Positions 28,298 to 37,070 of a DNA stretch of 64,000 nt are shown piece by piece; positions within the stretch are counted from its first letter, which is position 1, and every line of letters begins with the position of its first letter. The translations under genes were made by a program, and so were the position numbers. The notes under the pieces were generated by a model, which did no database searches, was not told the origin of the DNA, and saw only the letters and a list, made by a program, of their open reading frames with translations. Source of the stretch: Candidatus Staskawiczbacteria bacterium (GTDB taxonomy: Bacteria > Patescibacteriota > Minisyncoccia > Minisyncoccales > Staskawiczbacteraceae); the NCBI GenBank assembly GCA_903835075.1, contig CAILLM010000009.1, positions 25,274 through 89,273 on the forward strand, read 5' to 3'.

Positions 28298-29209
28298 ATG
28301 AAAAAAATATTTAGTATTTTCTTATTAGTTGCAGTTATGTTTTTATTTTCAGGGATCACTTTGGCTGCAACAGATTACAAATTAACTAAATCTTCAGTTG
28401 ATTATACTGACCAGCAAAAGGTCTGCATCAAAGAAGCTCAGGCTAAAATGGTGCAAGCCACAAAGCCCGCGATGGAAGTATTTAATTCTGCTACAAATGG
28501 GGTGTTAGAAATAAGACAAGCTGCAATTCAAAAAGCACAAGCAATCAAGGATGAAAAAGCACGTGCAGTTGCCATAAAAGAGGCCATGGATGCATATAAT
28601 AATGATGCATCAGTTGAGACAGCCAGGGTCCCATATATGGCTGCTATAAAAGTCGCTAATGACCAATTTCAATTAGATAAAAAGGCTTGTTTAACCGGTA
28701 ATAAAGTTGTAGGATTTTTCCAAAATATTTTTATGAATATAAGTGCGAGTTTGTCTAATTCGGTTACATCAAAAAATTCTTCAGTTGTTAAAAAAGCACC
28801 AACAACTCCAGTTAAATATACAGATGAGCAAAAAGCTTGCATTAAAGCTGCTCAAGACAAGAGGGCCACCGCCATGAAGCCAGCAATTGACGCAATTAAA
28901 TCTCAAACAGAAGCAGCTTTAAAAGTAAGGCAAGAGGCAATAACTGTGGCACAAAAAATTAAGGACGTGAAAGCACGTGCAGCTGCTATTAAAAAAGCTA
29001 ATGACATATATAATAATGACAAAACAGTGCAACAATCAAGACCAGCATATATAACTGCTGTCAAAGCTGCCAATGACCAATTTCAGGTAGACCAAAAATC
29101 CTGTTTATCGGGATCGGGCATCTCTCCAAAAGGATTCTTTAAAAAAATTGGTGACAGCTTTTCAAATTTTGGATTAGGCTTAGCAAAATTCTTTACAGGA
29201 AAGAAATAG
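28298..29209 (+). CDS. secreted protein made of two ~130-aa internal repeats
   Basis: Signal peptide. YTDQQKVCIKEAQ...NDQFQLDKKACL is repeated as YTDEQKACIKAAQ...NDQFQVDQKSCL. Confidence 0.55.
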   Translation: MKKIFSIFLLVAVMFLFSGITLAATDYKLTKSSVDYTDQQKVCIKEAQAKMVQATKPAMEVFNSATNGVLEIRQAAIQKAQAIKDEKARAVAIKEAMDAYNNDASVETARVPYMAAIKVANDQFQLDKKACLTGNKVVGFFQNIFMNISASLSNSVTSKNSSVVKKAPTTPVKYTDEQKACIKAAQDKRATAMKPAIDAIKSQTEAALKVRQEAITVAQKIKDVKARAAAIKKANDIYNNDKTVQQSRPAYITAVKAANDQFQVDQKSCLSGSGISPKGFFKKIGDSFSNFGLGLAKFFTGKK

Positions 29210-29220
29210 AAACAATAAAA

Positions 29221-29246
29221 AATCCGGCTTTGGTCGGATTTTTTTT
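29221..29246 (+). terminator. hairpin + T-run terminator
   Basis: AATCCG..CGGATT followed by tttttt. Confidence 0.7.
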
Positions 29247-29297
29247 ACAATTTATGACATTGTTGCTTTATGAAAGATTTTTTAGTATTATACCTAT

Positions 29298-30485
29298 ATG
29301 AATATAAATATAAAAAAGATATTTTTTTATGCGGTTATAGTAGTGGCTTTTTGTGGCGTTTTTCTTTTGGGAATTTGGGTAGGAGTGGCTAAAATCGCTT
29401 ATCATGTGCCCCAGCCAAATACAATTGATTTTTCGCTTTTTTGGGATGCATATGGAAAACTTCAACAAAACTTTATATCTCCTCAGAAAATAGATAATCA
29501 GAAGGTGGTTTATGGTGCAATTGAGGGAATGACAAAATCATTAGGTGACCCTTATACTGATTTTTTTGATCCAAGTCAGGCAAAACTATTTCAACAAGAT
29601 TTGGCGGGTTCTTTTAGCGGTATAGGCGTAGAGATTGGAGTTAAGAAAGACTTGCTAACTATTATTTCTCCAATAAAGGGTACTCCAGGAGAAAAAGCTG
29701 GGTTATTGGCAGGAGATATAATTGCAAAAATTAATGGTCAAGACACTAGCAATATGACAGGCGACGAAGCAGTGGGTTTAATCCGCGGAGCGAAGGGAAC
29801 TGTTGTAACATTGACTATTTTTAGAGATGGTTGGACAAATACAAAAGATATCAAAATTATAAGAGACACAATAAAAGTTCCTTCAATGGAATGGTCGCTA
29901 AAAAATGGAAATGTAGCCTATATACAAATTTATCAATTTGATGAATCACTTTCTGCTGACTTTGAAAAATCAGCTTTAGAAATTTTAAGAAGTCCTGCAA
30001 AAAAAATAGTATTAGATTTGAGAAATAATCCAGGTGGATATTTAGAAGTTGCTCAAAATGTGGCTGGCTGGTTTTTGAAAAATGGTCAAATTGTGACTGT
30101 TGAAGATTTTGGTAGGGATAAATTACAACAAATTTATAAGGCTGATGGAAATGCTAATCTTTCAAGTTATCCAACAGTTGTTTTAATTAACCAAGGGTCT
30201 GCTTCTGCTTCAGAAATTTTATCAGGTGCATTGAGGGATGATAGAAACGTGAAGTTAATTGGTACAAAGTCATTTGGAAAAGGTTGCGTTCAACAGGTAA
30301 TAGCATTAAATGGTGGCTCATTTTTAAAAATTACTATTGCTAATTGGTTAACACCAAAAGGCAATTCAATTTCAGATGTGGGGTTGACCCCAGACGTAAA
30401 GATTGATATAACAGATAAAGACATACAAGACAAAAAAGACCCGCAATTGAATAAAGCCCTTGAAATTGTGGGCAACTTAAAGTAG
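29298..30485 (+). CDS. carboxy-terminal processing protease (S41 family, PDZ domain)
   Basis: 395 aa. PDZ-like GDIIAKINGQD, catalytic-type GSASASEIL and GTKSFGKG blocks. Confidence 0.85.
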   Translation: MNINIKKIFFYAVIVVAFCGVFLLGIWVGVAKIAYHVPQPNTIDFSLFWDAYGKLQQNFISPQKIDNQKVVYGAIEGMTKSLGDPYTDFFDPSQAKLFQQDLAGSFSGIGVEIGVKKDLLTIISPIKGTPGEKAGLLAGDIIAKINGQDTSNMTGDEAVGLIRGAKGTVVTLTIFRDGWTNTKDIKIIRDTIKVPSMEWSLKNGNVAYIQIYQFDESLSADFEKSALEILRSPAKKIVLDLRNNPGGYLEVAQNVAGWFLKNGQIVTVEDFGRDKLQQIYKADGNANLSSYPTVVLINQGSASASEILSGALRDDRNVKLIGTKSFGKGCVQQVIALNGGSFLKITIANWLTPKGNSISDVGLTPDVKIDITDKDIQDKKDPQLNKALEIVGNLK

Positions 30486-30522
30486 AATATAAACATACAA
30501 AATATAAACATAAAAAATCAAC

Positions 30523-30996
30523 ATGAAAGTTATCTTATTGCAAGAGGTCGAAGACCTTGGAAAAAAATACGAAATAAAAGAAGTCAAAGATGGTTACGCC
30601 AGAAATTTTTTATTAGCTAAAAAATTGGCAAGGGCTGCAACAAAAGAGGCCTTGAAATGGTTGAGTGACCAAAAAGAAGTTATTGAAAAAGAAGCAGAAG
30701 AAGATTTGAAAAAATCACAAGCCTTAGCTTCTCAACTAGACGGACTTGAAGTTGCTATTGCAGTAAAAGTTGGAGATGAAGGACAACTTTTTGAATCTAT
30801 TAACAGTCAAAAAATTGTTGATAAATTAAAAGAACTTGGTATTGAAGTCAAAAAATCTAAAGTTAAATTAGATCATCCTATTAAAGAATTAGGAGATTAT
30901 CCAATAAGCATAGTCTTAGATCATAACCTAGAGGCAGAAATCAAAGTTGTGGTGTCAGACGTAGAAGGTGCTTCTAAAGAAGACGATTCAGAATAA
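30523..30996 (+). CDS. rplI: 50S ribosomal protein L9
   Basis: MKVILLQEVEDLGKKYEIKEVKDGYARNFL is typical of L9. Confidence 0.9.
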   Translation: MKVILLQEVEDLGKKYEIKEVKDGYARNFLLAKKLARAATKEALKWLSDQKEVIEKEAEEDLKKSQALASQLDGLEVAIAVKVGDEGQLFESINSQKIVDKLKELGIEVKKSKVKLDHPIKELGDYPISIVLDHNLEAEIKVVVSDVEGASKEDDSE

Positions 30997-31029
30997 AAAT
31001 ATATCAATAAAATACATCAATAAAATTAC

Positions 31030-32685
31030 ATGTCCACAAAATATATATTCGTTACAGGTGGAGTAATGTCAGGCGTAGGAAAAGGAGTTGCAGCGGCTTC
31101 AATCGCTAAAATAATTCAGTCAAGCGGTTTTGATGTCACAGCTATAAAAATTGATCCATACGTAAATGTTGATGCAGGAACAATGAGCCCCACTGAACAC
31201 GGTGAGGTTTTTGTTTTGGACGATGGAATGGAGTGTGACCAGGATATGGGTAACTACGAGCGATTTTTGAACACAAGTCTTTCTAGCGCTAATTACATGA
31301 CAACTGGAAGCGTTTATTTATCGGTTATCAATAAAGAGCGCAGAATGGAATATGGTGGCAAGCAGGTTGAGGTTGTTCCTCGAATTCCAATGGAAATAAT
31401 TGAAAGGATTAATAACGCAGCTAAAAAAGAAAAAGCTCAAATTGTAATTACTGAAATTGGTGGAACAGTTGGAGAATATGAGAATCTTTTATTCTTGGAA
31501 GCAATAAGATTGTTAAAATTAAAACAACCAAAAGACGTTTGCGTTATTTTAGTTAGTTATGTGCCAGCGTTGGGTGCAGGTGGAACAGAACTTAAAACAA
31601 AACCAACTCAGCATGCAGTAAGAAATTTAAATTCTGTTGGAATTCAACCGGACATTATTTTAGGAAGAGCTAGCGTGCCGTTAGACCAAAAAAGAAAAGA
31701 AAAAATTCAATTTATGTGTGGGCTTGAGGCCGGAGATGTTATTTCTGCTCCAAACGTAGAAAGCATTTATGAGGTTGCTATAAACTTTGAAAAAGATAAT
31801 ATTAGCTCAAGGATTTTTAAAAAGCTTGCATTAAAGCCAAAGAAAAGAGACTTGAAAGAATGGAAAGCATTCACGGATAAAATAAAACACCCAAAAGGTG
31901 AAGTAAAAATTGGAATTGTTGGAAAATATTTTGGTAGTGGAGATTTCATTTTAACAGATTCCTATATTTCAGTGTTGGAATCAGTAAAACACGCTGCATA
32001 TTTTTGGAATCAAAAGCCTGTTATTGAATGGCTTGATTCCGATGTTTATGAAAAAAATCCTGCTAAATTAAAAGAATTAAGCAGTTTTGATGGTATTGTC
32101 ATTCCAGGAGGTTTTGGAAACAGGGGAGTAGAGGGGAAAATAAAAGCAATCCAATATTGTAGAGAAAACAAAATACCATTTTTTGGGCTATGTCTTGGCC
32201 TACAACTTTCAGTGATAGAATTTGCCAGAAATGTTGTGGGTTTGAAAGATGCAACATCTAGGGAATTTGAAAAAAATTGCAAAAATGCAGTCATTGATGT
32301 TATGCCAGAGCAAAAAGTATTGCTTGAGGAAAGACATTACGGCGGAACAATGAGACTTGGGGCGTATGATTGCCAGGTTCAAGAAGGTGCAATTAGTCAT
32401 AAGGCTTATAAAGATTGGGTAGATGGAGCTGTGGGCCCATACACAATATCTGAGAGACATAGACACAGATATGAGGTAAACAATGATTATAGGGATGAAT
32501 TAGTCAAAAATGGTTTAGTTGTGGCAGGAATTAATGTAAAAAAAGATTTAGTAGAAATAATTGAATTACAAGGCCACCCATTTTTTGTGGGAGTGCAGTT
32601 TCACCCAGAATTTAAATCTAGACCATTAAAGCCTCATCCGCTATTTAAAGAGTTTGTAAGAGTGGCGGTAAAAAATAAAAAATAG
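31030..32685 (+). CDS. pyrG: CTP synthase
   Basis: 551 aa. KYIFVTGGVMSGVGKG N-terminus and a C-terminal glutamine amidotransferase with GLCLGLQ. Confidence 0.95.
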   Translation: MSTKYIFVTGGVMSGVGKGVAAASIAKIIQSSGFDVTAIKIDPYVNVDAGTMSPTEHGEVFVLDDGMECDQDMGNYERFLNTSLSSANYMTTGSVYLSVINKERRMEYGGKQVEVVPRIPMEIIERINNAAKKEKAQIVITEIGGTVGEYENLLFLEAIRLLKLKQPKDVCVILVSYVPALGAGGTELKTKPTQHAVRNLNSVGIQPDIILGRASVPLDQKRKEKIQFMCGLEAGDVISAPNVESIYEVAINFEKDNISSRIFKKLALKPKKRDLKEWKAFTDKIKHPKGEVKIGIVGKYFGSGDFILTDSYISVLESVKHAAYFWNQKPVIEWLDSDVYEKNPAKLKELSSFDGIVIPGGFGNRGVEGKIKAIQYCRENKIPFFGLCLGLQLSVIEFARNVVGLKDATSREFEKNCKNAVIDVMPEQKVLLEERHYGGTMRLGAYDCQVQEGAISHKAYKDWVDGAVGPYTISERHRHRYEVNNDYRDELVKNGLVVAGINVKKDLVEIIELQGHPFFVGVQFHPEFKSRPLKPHPLFKEFVRVAVKNKK

Positions 32686-32700
32686 CCCCGCAGGGCAACT

Positions 32701-32726
32701 AAAAACCGCCCTAATGGACGGTTTTT
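32701..32726. terminator. bidirectional terminator between pyrG and rpmA
   Basis: ACCGCCC-taat-GGACGGT flanked by an A-run and a T-run. Confidence 0.65.
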
Positions 32727-32734
32727 AAAAAATA

Positions 32735-33025
32735 TTATTTTGTTTTGGCAGTAAGTTCAACAGATACCACTTTTGCAGTTCTTCTTAATCCGTTAAAAAG
32801 TTTTTTGGTTTTTGATGAGAATTTAACAAAACCATCTGCCATTGCGTAAATTGTATCATCAGAACCCTTTTTTACGTTTTTACCCAAAAGATATTTGGTT
32901 CCACGTTGTCTGATAATAATCATTCCAGTTTTGACTTTTTGCCCAGCCGATATTTTGACTCCCAGCCTTTGAGCGGCCGAATCTCTTCCTAGCCTAGACG
33001 AACCTCCTTGTTTAGTTTTTGACAT
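32735..33025 (-). CDS. rpmA: 50S ribosomal protein L27
   Basis: [23 protein letters not shown]...IIIRQRGTK is typical of L27. Confidence 0.95.
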   Translation of the reverse strand: MSKTKQGGSSRLGRDSAAQRLGVKISAGQKVKTGMIIIRQRGTKYLLGKNVKKGSDDTIYAMADGFVKFSSKTKKLFNGLRRTAKVVSVELTAKTK

Positions 33026-33063
33026 GTTTTTATGTATTTATAATTTATGTATAATATAATAAT

Positions 33064-33240
33064 ATGTTATCAGAAATAAAGGAATTTGTCAAAGCCCGAT
33101 TTAATGACATAATGTTATTTATTATAATAATACTTTTAGTTTTGCTGGCATTTGCAGCGGGCTTTATAACCGCGAAACAACAATTAAAAGAACCGCTAAA
33201 AATTACAACACAATTATGGAACACATACCACAACACATAG
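33064..33240 (+). CDS. possible 58-aa single-TM miniprotein
   Basis: Own translation: MLSEIKEFVKARFNDIMLFIIIILLVLLAFAAGFITAKQQLKEPLKITTQLWNTYHNT. Below the ORF-track cutoff and overlaps the uppS start. Confidence 0.3.
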   Translation: MLSEIKEFVKARFNDIMLFIIIILLVLLAFAAGFITAKQQLKEPLKITTQLWNTYHNT

Positions 33241-33902
33241 TCTTATTCCCAGACGGAAACAGACGTTGGGCCAGAGCAAAAGGTTTCCACACCTTGGAGG
33301 GACACAAGCAAGGATATAAAAATCTTTTAGATTTTTCAGAATGGTGCAAAAGAAAGGGGGTAAAAACTCTCACTGCTTTCGGTTTTTCAACTGAAAATTG
33401 GAATAGAACAGAAGAAGAAGTGAACTATTTAATGAAGCTTTTAGAAAGCTGTTTAATAGATAACTTATCAAAATATGATAAAGAGGGGACTCGAGTGAGA
33501 GTAATAGGGCAAAGAGACCGTTTGCCAAAATCTTTGCAGGGAGCAATTACAAAAACAGAAGAAGCCACAAAAAATAATCAAAATCTTAATTTGAATTTGG
33601 CAATAAGTTATGGTGGTAAATGGGATATTTTAAACGCAGTTAAAAATATCATAAAGCAGGGGATCCCAGTTGAAGAAATAGACGAAAAATTATTTGAAAG
33701 CCATTTATCAACTGCAGGTTTGCCAAATCCAGATTTTATAATAAGAGCGGGAGGAGAAATGAGAATGTCAAATTTTGTTTTGTGGCAAGCTGCTTATTCT
33801 GAATTATATTTTTCTTCAAAATTGTGGCCAGATTTTACAGAAAAAGACTTAGAAATAGCACTTGAAGAATTTGATAAGCGATCCCGCCGTTTTGGAAAAT
33901 AA
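33216..33902 (+). CDS. uppS: undecaprenyl diphosphate synthase (isoprenyl transferase)
   Basis: LFPDGNRRWA and RAGGEMRMSNFVLWQAAYSELYF blocks. Confidence 0.9.
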   Translation: MEHIPQHIVLFPDGNRRWARAKGFHTLEGHKQGYKNLLDFSEWCKRKGVKTLTAFGFSTENWNRTEEEVNYLMKLLESCLIDNLSKYDKEGTRVRVIGQRDRLPKSLQGAITKTEEATKNNQNLNLNLAISYGGKWDILNAVKNIIKQGIPVEEIDEKLFESHLSTAGLPNPDFIIRAGGEMRMSNFVLWQAAYSELYFSSKLWPDFTEKDLEIALEEFDKRSRRFGK

Positions 33903-33915
33903 AGACATTATAAAG

Positions 33916-33936
33916 CCCTGCGTTTGCGGGGTTTTT
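33916..33936 (+). terminator. hairpin + T-run terminator
   Basis: CCCTGC-gttt-GCGGGG followed by ttttt. Confidence 0.7.
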
Positions 33937-34041
33937 GCTTGTATTGAGTTCGTCGAAATGCTTTGACAAATTTGAATAAATACCGTAAATTAAATTACTG
34001 TAAATTGTCAATTGAATAATAAAACAAGGAGAAACAAACAC

Positions 34042-35115
34042 ATGAAAAAAATTAGAGTAGCTATAGCTGGAGCAACGGGGATGGTGGGTCAGTCATTTGT
34101 GATGCTAAATCAAGATCATAGAAACTTCGAGGTAGTATTGGTTGCGGCAAGCGATCGTTCTGCTGGAAAACCGTATTATGAAGCAGTAGATGGCAGGTGG
34201 GTGATGGGCGAGGAAATTCCGCCTAATATAGCGGAAATGCGCGTTTATGACGCTTTAGATGTTGATGCAATAGCGGGCCAGGTAGATTTGATATTTTCCG
34301 CTATTTCATTGGGCCAAAAAGAAACTGCCGAATTGGAAGAACGCTATGCACGTTGCGAAATTCCGGTTGTATCAAATAACTCGGCTCATCGTTGGACGCC
34401 CGATGTGCCAATGGTTATACCCGAACTAAACCACTCTCATCTTCAGGTAATTTCTGCTCAACGTAAAAGGCTGGGGACGAAAAGGGGATTTATTGCCGTT
34501 AAGCCCAATTGCTCAATCCAAAGCTATGTTTCGGCAATTTATCCGTTGCTCGACCTTGGGCCCTATGAACTTATGGTTTCAACCTATCAGGCGGTTTCGG
34601 GTGCTGGCAAAACTTTGAAGACTTGGCCGGAAATGCAAGACAATGTAATTCCATATATTGCTGGCGAAGAAGAAAAAAGTGAAAAAGAACCGCTAAAAAT
34701 TCTTGGACATGTCGGCCAAGGAGAAATATGCCCCGCTTCATTCATTAAGATAAGTGCACAATGCGTAAGGGTGCCTGTTTCTAATGGTCACTTGGCAACA
34801 GTGTCAATGAATCTTCGCAAACCCGTTACGTGCGAGGATATTATTGAGAGATGGCGTAGTTTTAAAACCTTGCCTCAAAAGCTTGGACTTCCATCTGCGC
34901 CTAATCCATTTTTAACTTATTTTGACGAAGATGATCGTCCGCAACCCAGACTGGATAGGTATCTGCAACAAGGCATGGGCATTGCAATTGGTCGGCTTCG
35001 CGAAGACCCAATTTTTGATTTTAAGTTTGTAGCACTTTCGCACAACACTGTTCGGGGTGCGGCTGGAGGCGCAATACTTTTGGCTGAATTCCTCTATGAC
35101 CAAGGAGATATTTAG
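34042..35115 (+). CDS. asd: aspartate-semialdehyde dehydrogenase
   Basis: IAGATGMVGQ N-terminus, active-site KPNCSIQ and SHNTVRGAAGG. GC-rich, with a TTGACA-N17-TAAATT promoter-like site and a canonical AAGGAG 10 nt before ATG 34042. Confidence 0.85.
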   Translation: MKKIRVAIAGATGMVGQSFVMLNQDHRNFEVVLVAASDRSAGKPYYEAVDGRWVMGEEIPPNIAEMRVYDALDVDAIAGQVDLIFSAISLGQKETAELEERYARCEIPVVSNNSAHRWTPDVPMVIPELNHSHLQVISAQRKRLGTKRGFIAVKPNCSIQSYVSAIYPLLDLGPYELMVSTYQAVSGAGKTLKTWPEMQDNVIPYIAGEEEKSEKEPLKILGHVGQGEICPASFIKISAQCVRVPVSNGHLATVSMNLRKPVTCEDIIERWRSFKTLPQKLGLPSAPNPFLTYFDEDDRPQPRLDRYLQQGMGIAIGRLREDPIFDFKFVALSHNTVRGAAGGAILLAEFLYDQGDI

Positions 35116-35134
35116 CAAAATGCTGTAAAGCAAA

Positions 35135-35170
35135 ACCGTCCCGACTTTCGTCGCGGACGGTCTTTTTTTT
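35135..35170. terminator. strong hairpin + T8 terminator
   Basis: ACCGTCC-CGAC-tttc-GTCG-c-GGACGGT followed by ctttttttt. Confidence 0.8.
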
Positions 35171-35175
35171 AAAAT

Positions 35176-35670
35176 TTAATTAGTTTTTGAGAAAGCTTTT
35201 GCCATGTCTAGCCATTTTGGAGTTCTGGGATTATTTTTGTATTTTGCTGACGACTTATGAATTTCAATAAGTGAATTAACTTCATTTTTTTTCCAATCAG
35301 CTAAATTTTTACCTTTATTCCGTTGTAAAATTTCTACGGCCTTTACCCAAAGTTCAAAGTCTTTTTTCTTTTTGTCGGCTAAGGTATTTTTTTTAAAAAA
35401 TGGCACAACTGTTGAAGAAATATCATCTATCTTTTGTACTGAAAATCTTGCTTGGTCTTTTGAAGTTGAAACTTCGCCACAACCCAATTCTTTTTTTATT
35501 TTTTTTAAAATTTTAACATCATCTTTTGAAGCAGTAACAATAAATTGTGTTTTCCAACGGTAGTAGGTGGGTGAGCCCGTTCTTTCGTGACGTGTATCTT
35601 TTCTGAATTGTAAATCAAAACATCCGTCATTGTTTACAATTGTTGGAATATGAAATTCTTCTTTTGGCAT
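35176..35670 (-). CDS. free-standing LAGLIDADG-type homing endonuclease-like protein
   Basis: TIVNNDGCFDL (LAGLIDADG-like motif with D-G-C-F) and the family-typical tail ARFSVQKIDDISSTVVPFFKKNTLADKKKKDFELWVKAVEIL. Start set at MPKEEF because the longer ORF overlaps the metK promoter. Confidence 0.55.
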   Translation of the reverse strand: MPKEEFHIPTIVNNDGCFDLQFRKDTRHERTGSPTYYRWKTQFIVTASKDDVKILKKIKKELGCGEVSTSKDQARFSVQKIDDISSTVVPFFKKNTLADKKKKDFELWVKAVEILQRNKGKNLADWKKNEVNSLIEIHKSSAKYKNNPRTPKWLDMAKAFSKTN

Positions 35671-35718
35671 AATTACGCAATTTAATTTTTTATATGATTT
35701 TATTGTACCAAAAACTAT

Positions 35719-35729
35719 ATTATGCGACA
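35719..35729 (+). repeat. one-mismatch copy (ATTATGCGACA) of the island motif
   Basis: Differs at one position from ATTGTGCGACA. Lies just upstream of the LAGLIDADG gene start. Confidence 0.4.
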
Positions 35730-35748
35730 AGGGTGTGGATATCTGTAC

Positions 35749-35776
35749 TTGCATTGAATTTTTAGTTTGTTATAAT
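35749..35776 (+). promoter_or_regulatory. promoter of the SAM riboswitch-metK unit
   Basis: TTGCAT-N16-TATAAT. Confidence 0.5.
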
Positions 35777-35794
35777 TTAGACAATACAATTTAA

Positions 35795-35889
35795 CTATCA
35801 AGAGTGTGGCGAGAGTTCTGGCTCAATGACCCACCAGCAACCTACGTAGTCGCGTAAGGTGCTAAGTCCTGCCCAAGAGGGAAAGATAA
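35795..35889 (+). promoter_or_regulatory. SAM-I (S-box) riboswitch
   Basis: CTATCAAGAG...GGCGAGAG..CTGGCTCAATGACCCACCAGCAACC...AAGGTGCTAAGTCCTGCC...AAAGATA matches the S-box core blocks by eye. Located immediately upstream of metK. Confidence 0.8.
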
Positions 35890-35897
35890 ATTATATC

Positions 35898-35923
35898 ACT
35901 TCCTTTTCGGGAAGATTTTTTTT
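35898..35923 (+). terminator. riboswitch expression-platform terminator
   Basis: Short CTTCC/GGAAG stem followed by T8. Confidence 0.5.
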
Positions 35924-35944
35924 AAAATAATTAATAAAAAACAT

Positions 35945-36994
35945 ATGATTATAAATCAAAAAACATATGCAGTAGAAAGTGTAACATCGGGGCACCCCGA
36001 TAAAGTTTGTGATCAAATATCAGATGCAATTTTAGATGCTTGTTTGGCACAAGACCCAAACTCAAGAGTTGCAGTAGAATCTTTCGGCGGGCACGGAATG
36101 TTGGTTATTGGTGGGGAAGTTACAACAAATGCAAAAGTTGATTATCAGGCAATAGCAGACAAAGTATATAAAGAAATTGGTTACACACAAGAATTAAAAT
36201 TTACAATAAATGTTGTTGAGCAATCTCCAGACATTGCCATGGGCGTAAACACTGGCGGAGCAGGGGATCAGGGAATTATGTATGGTTATGCAACAAATGA
36301 AACTCCTGAATATATGCCTTGGGCTGTTGTAAAAGTCCATGCATTAGCAAAAGGTTTACAAAGCTTGCGGGAATCAGGAGAAATAAAATGGTTAAAACCA
36401 GATGGAAAGTCGCAAATAACCATGCAAGACGGCAAAGTAAAAAATGTTTTAATTAGCACCCAGCACAGTCCTGAAGCTTCACAAGAAGAAATTAAAACAA
36501 CTTTAACCGAAAAATTAATTAAGCCAATTTTGGGTGACGTTACTGGTGTAGATATATTTGTTAATCCAACTGGAAATTTTGTTCAGGGCGGTTTTGAAGC
36601 AGACACTGGCTTAACTGGTAGAAAAATTATGGTGGACACTTATTGCGGGTTAATTTCGCATGGTGGTGGCGCATTTTCAGGCAAAGACCCAAGCAAAGTA
36701 GACAGGTCAGCAGCTTATATGGCACGTTTTGCCGCAAAAAATATTGTTGCAAATGGTTATGCAAAGGAATGTTTGGTTTCAGTCGCTTATGCAATTGGAA
36801 TGGCCGAACCTTTAATGGTCTCTGCTGTTGATGAAAATGGAAAAAGCTTAGATGAATTAATTGCTAAGTTTGATTTCAAACCACAATCAATTATTCAAAC
36901 CTTAGAATTAAAACAGCCCATTTATCAAAAAACAGCAGCTTACGGCCACTTTGGAAAATCTGATTTGCCTTGGGAAAAAATAATAAAAATATAA
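35945..36994 (+). CDS. metK: S-adenosylmethionine synthetase
   Basis: ESVTSGHPDKVCDQISDAILDA, GAGDQGIMYGYA and GGGAFSGKDPSKVDRSAAY blocks. Confidence 0.95.
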   Translation: MIINQKTYAVESVTSGHPDKVCDQISDAILDACLAQDPNSRVAVESFGGHGMLVIGGEVTTNAKVDYQAIADKVYKEIGYTQELKFTINVVEQSPDIAMGVNTGGAGDQGIMYGYATNETPEYMPWAVVKVHALAKGLQSLRESGEIKWLKPDGKSQITMQDGKVKNVLISTQHSPEASQEEIKTTLTEKLIKPILGDVTGVDIFVNPTGNFVQGGFEADTGLTGRKIMVDTYCGLISHGGGAFSGKDPSKVDRSAAYMARFAAKNIVANGYAKECLVSVAYAIGMAEPLMVSAVDENGKSLDELIAKFDFKPQSIIQTLELKQPIYQKTAAYGHFGKSDLPWEKIIKI

Positions 36995-37004
36995 TATTAA
37001 AAAA

Positions 37005-37026
37005 CTGCCCGTAAGGGCAGTTTTTT
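37005..37026 (+). terminator. hairpin (GTAA loop) + T6 terminator
   Basis: CTGCCC-gtaa-GGGCAG tttttt. Confidence 0.8.
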
Positions 37027-37070
37027 GTTGGACAAAAAATAAGAAAAGTAGTAACGTTTAAGTATAAAGG

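Noticed and set aside
33045-33236. Minus-strand 63-aa ORF between rpmA and uppS
   Set aside because: The plus-strand reading of the same interval gives a more plausible single-TM miniprotein. Neither is strongly supported.
34012-34041. Upstream ATG start for asd (MNNKTRRNKH…)
   Set aside because: The AAGGAG site is positioned for ATG 34042, and MKKIRVAIAGATG is the typical Asd N-terminus.
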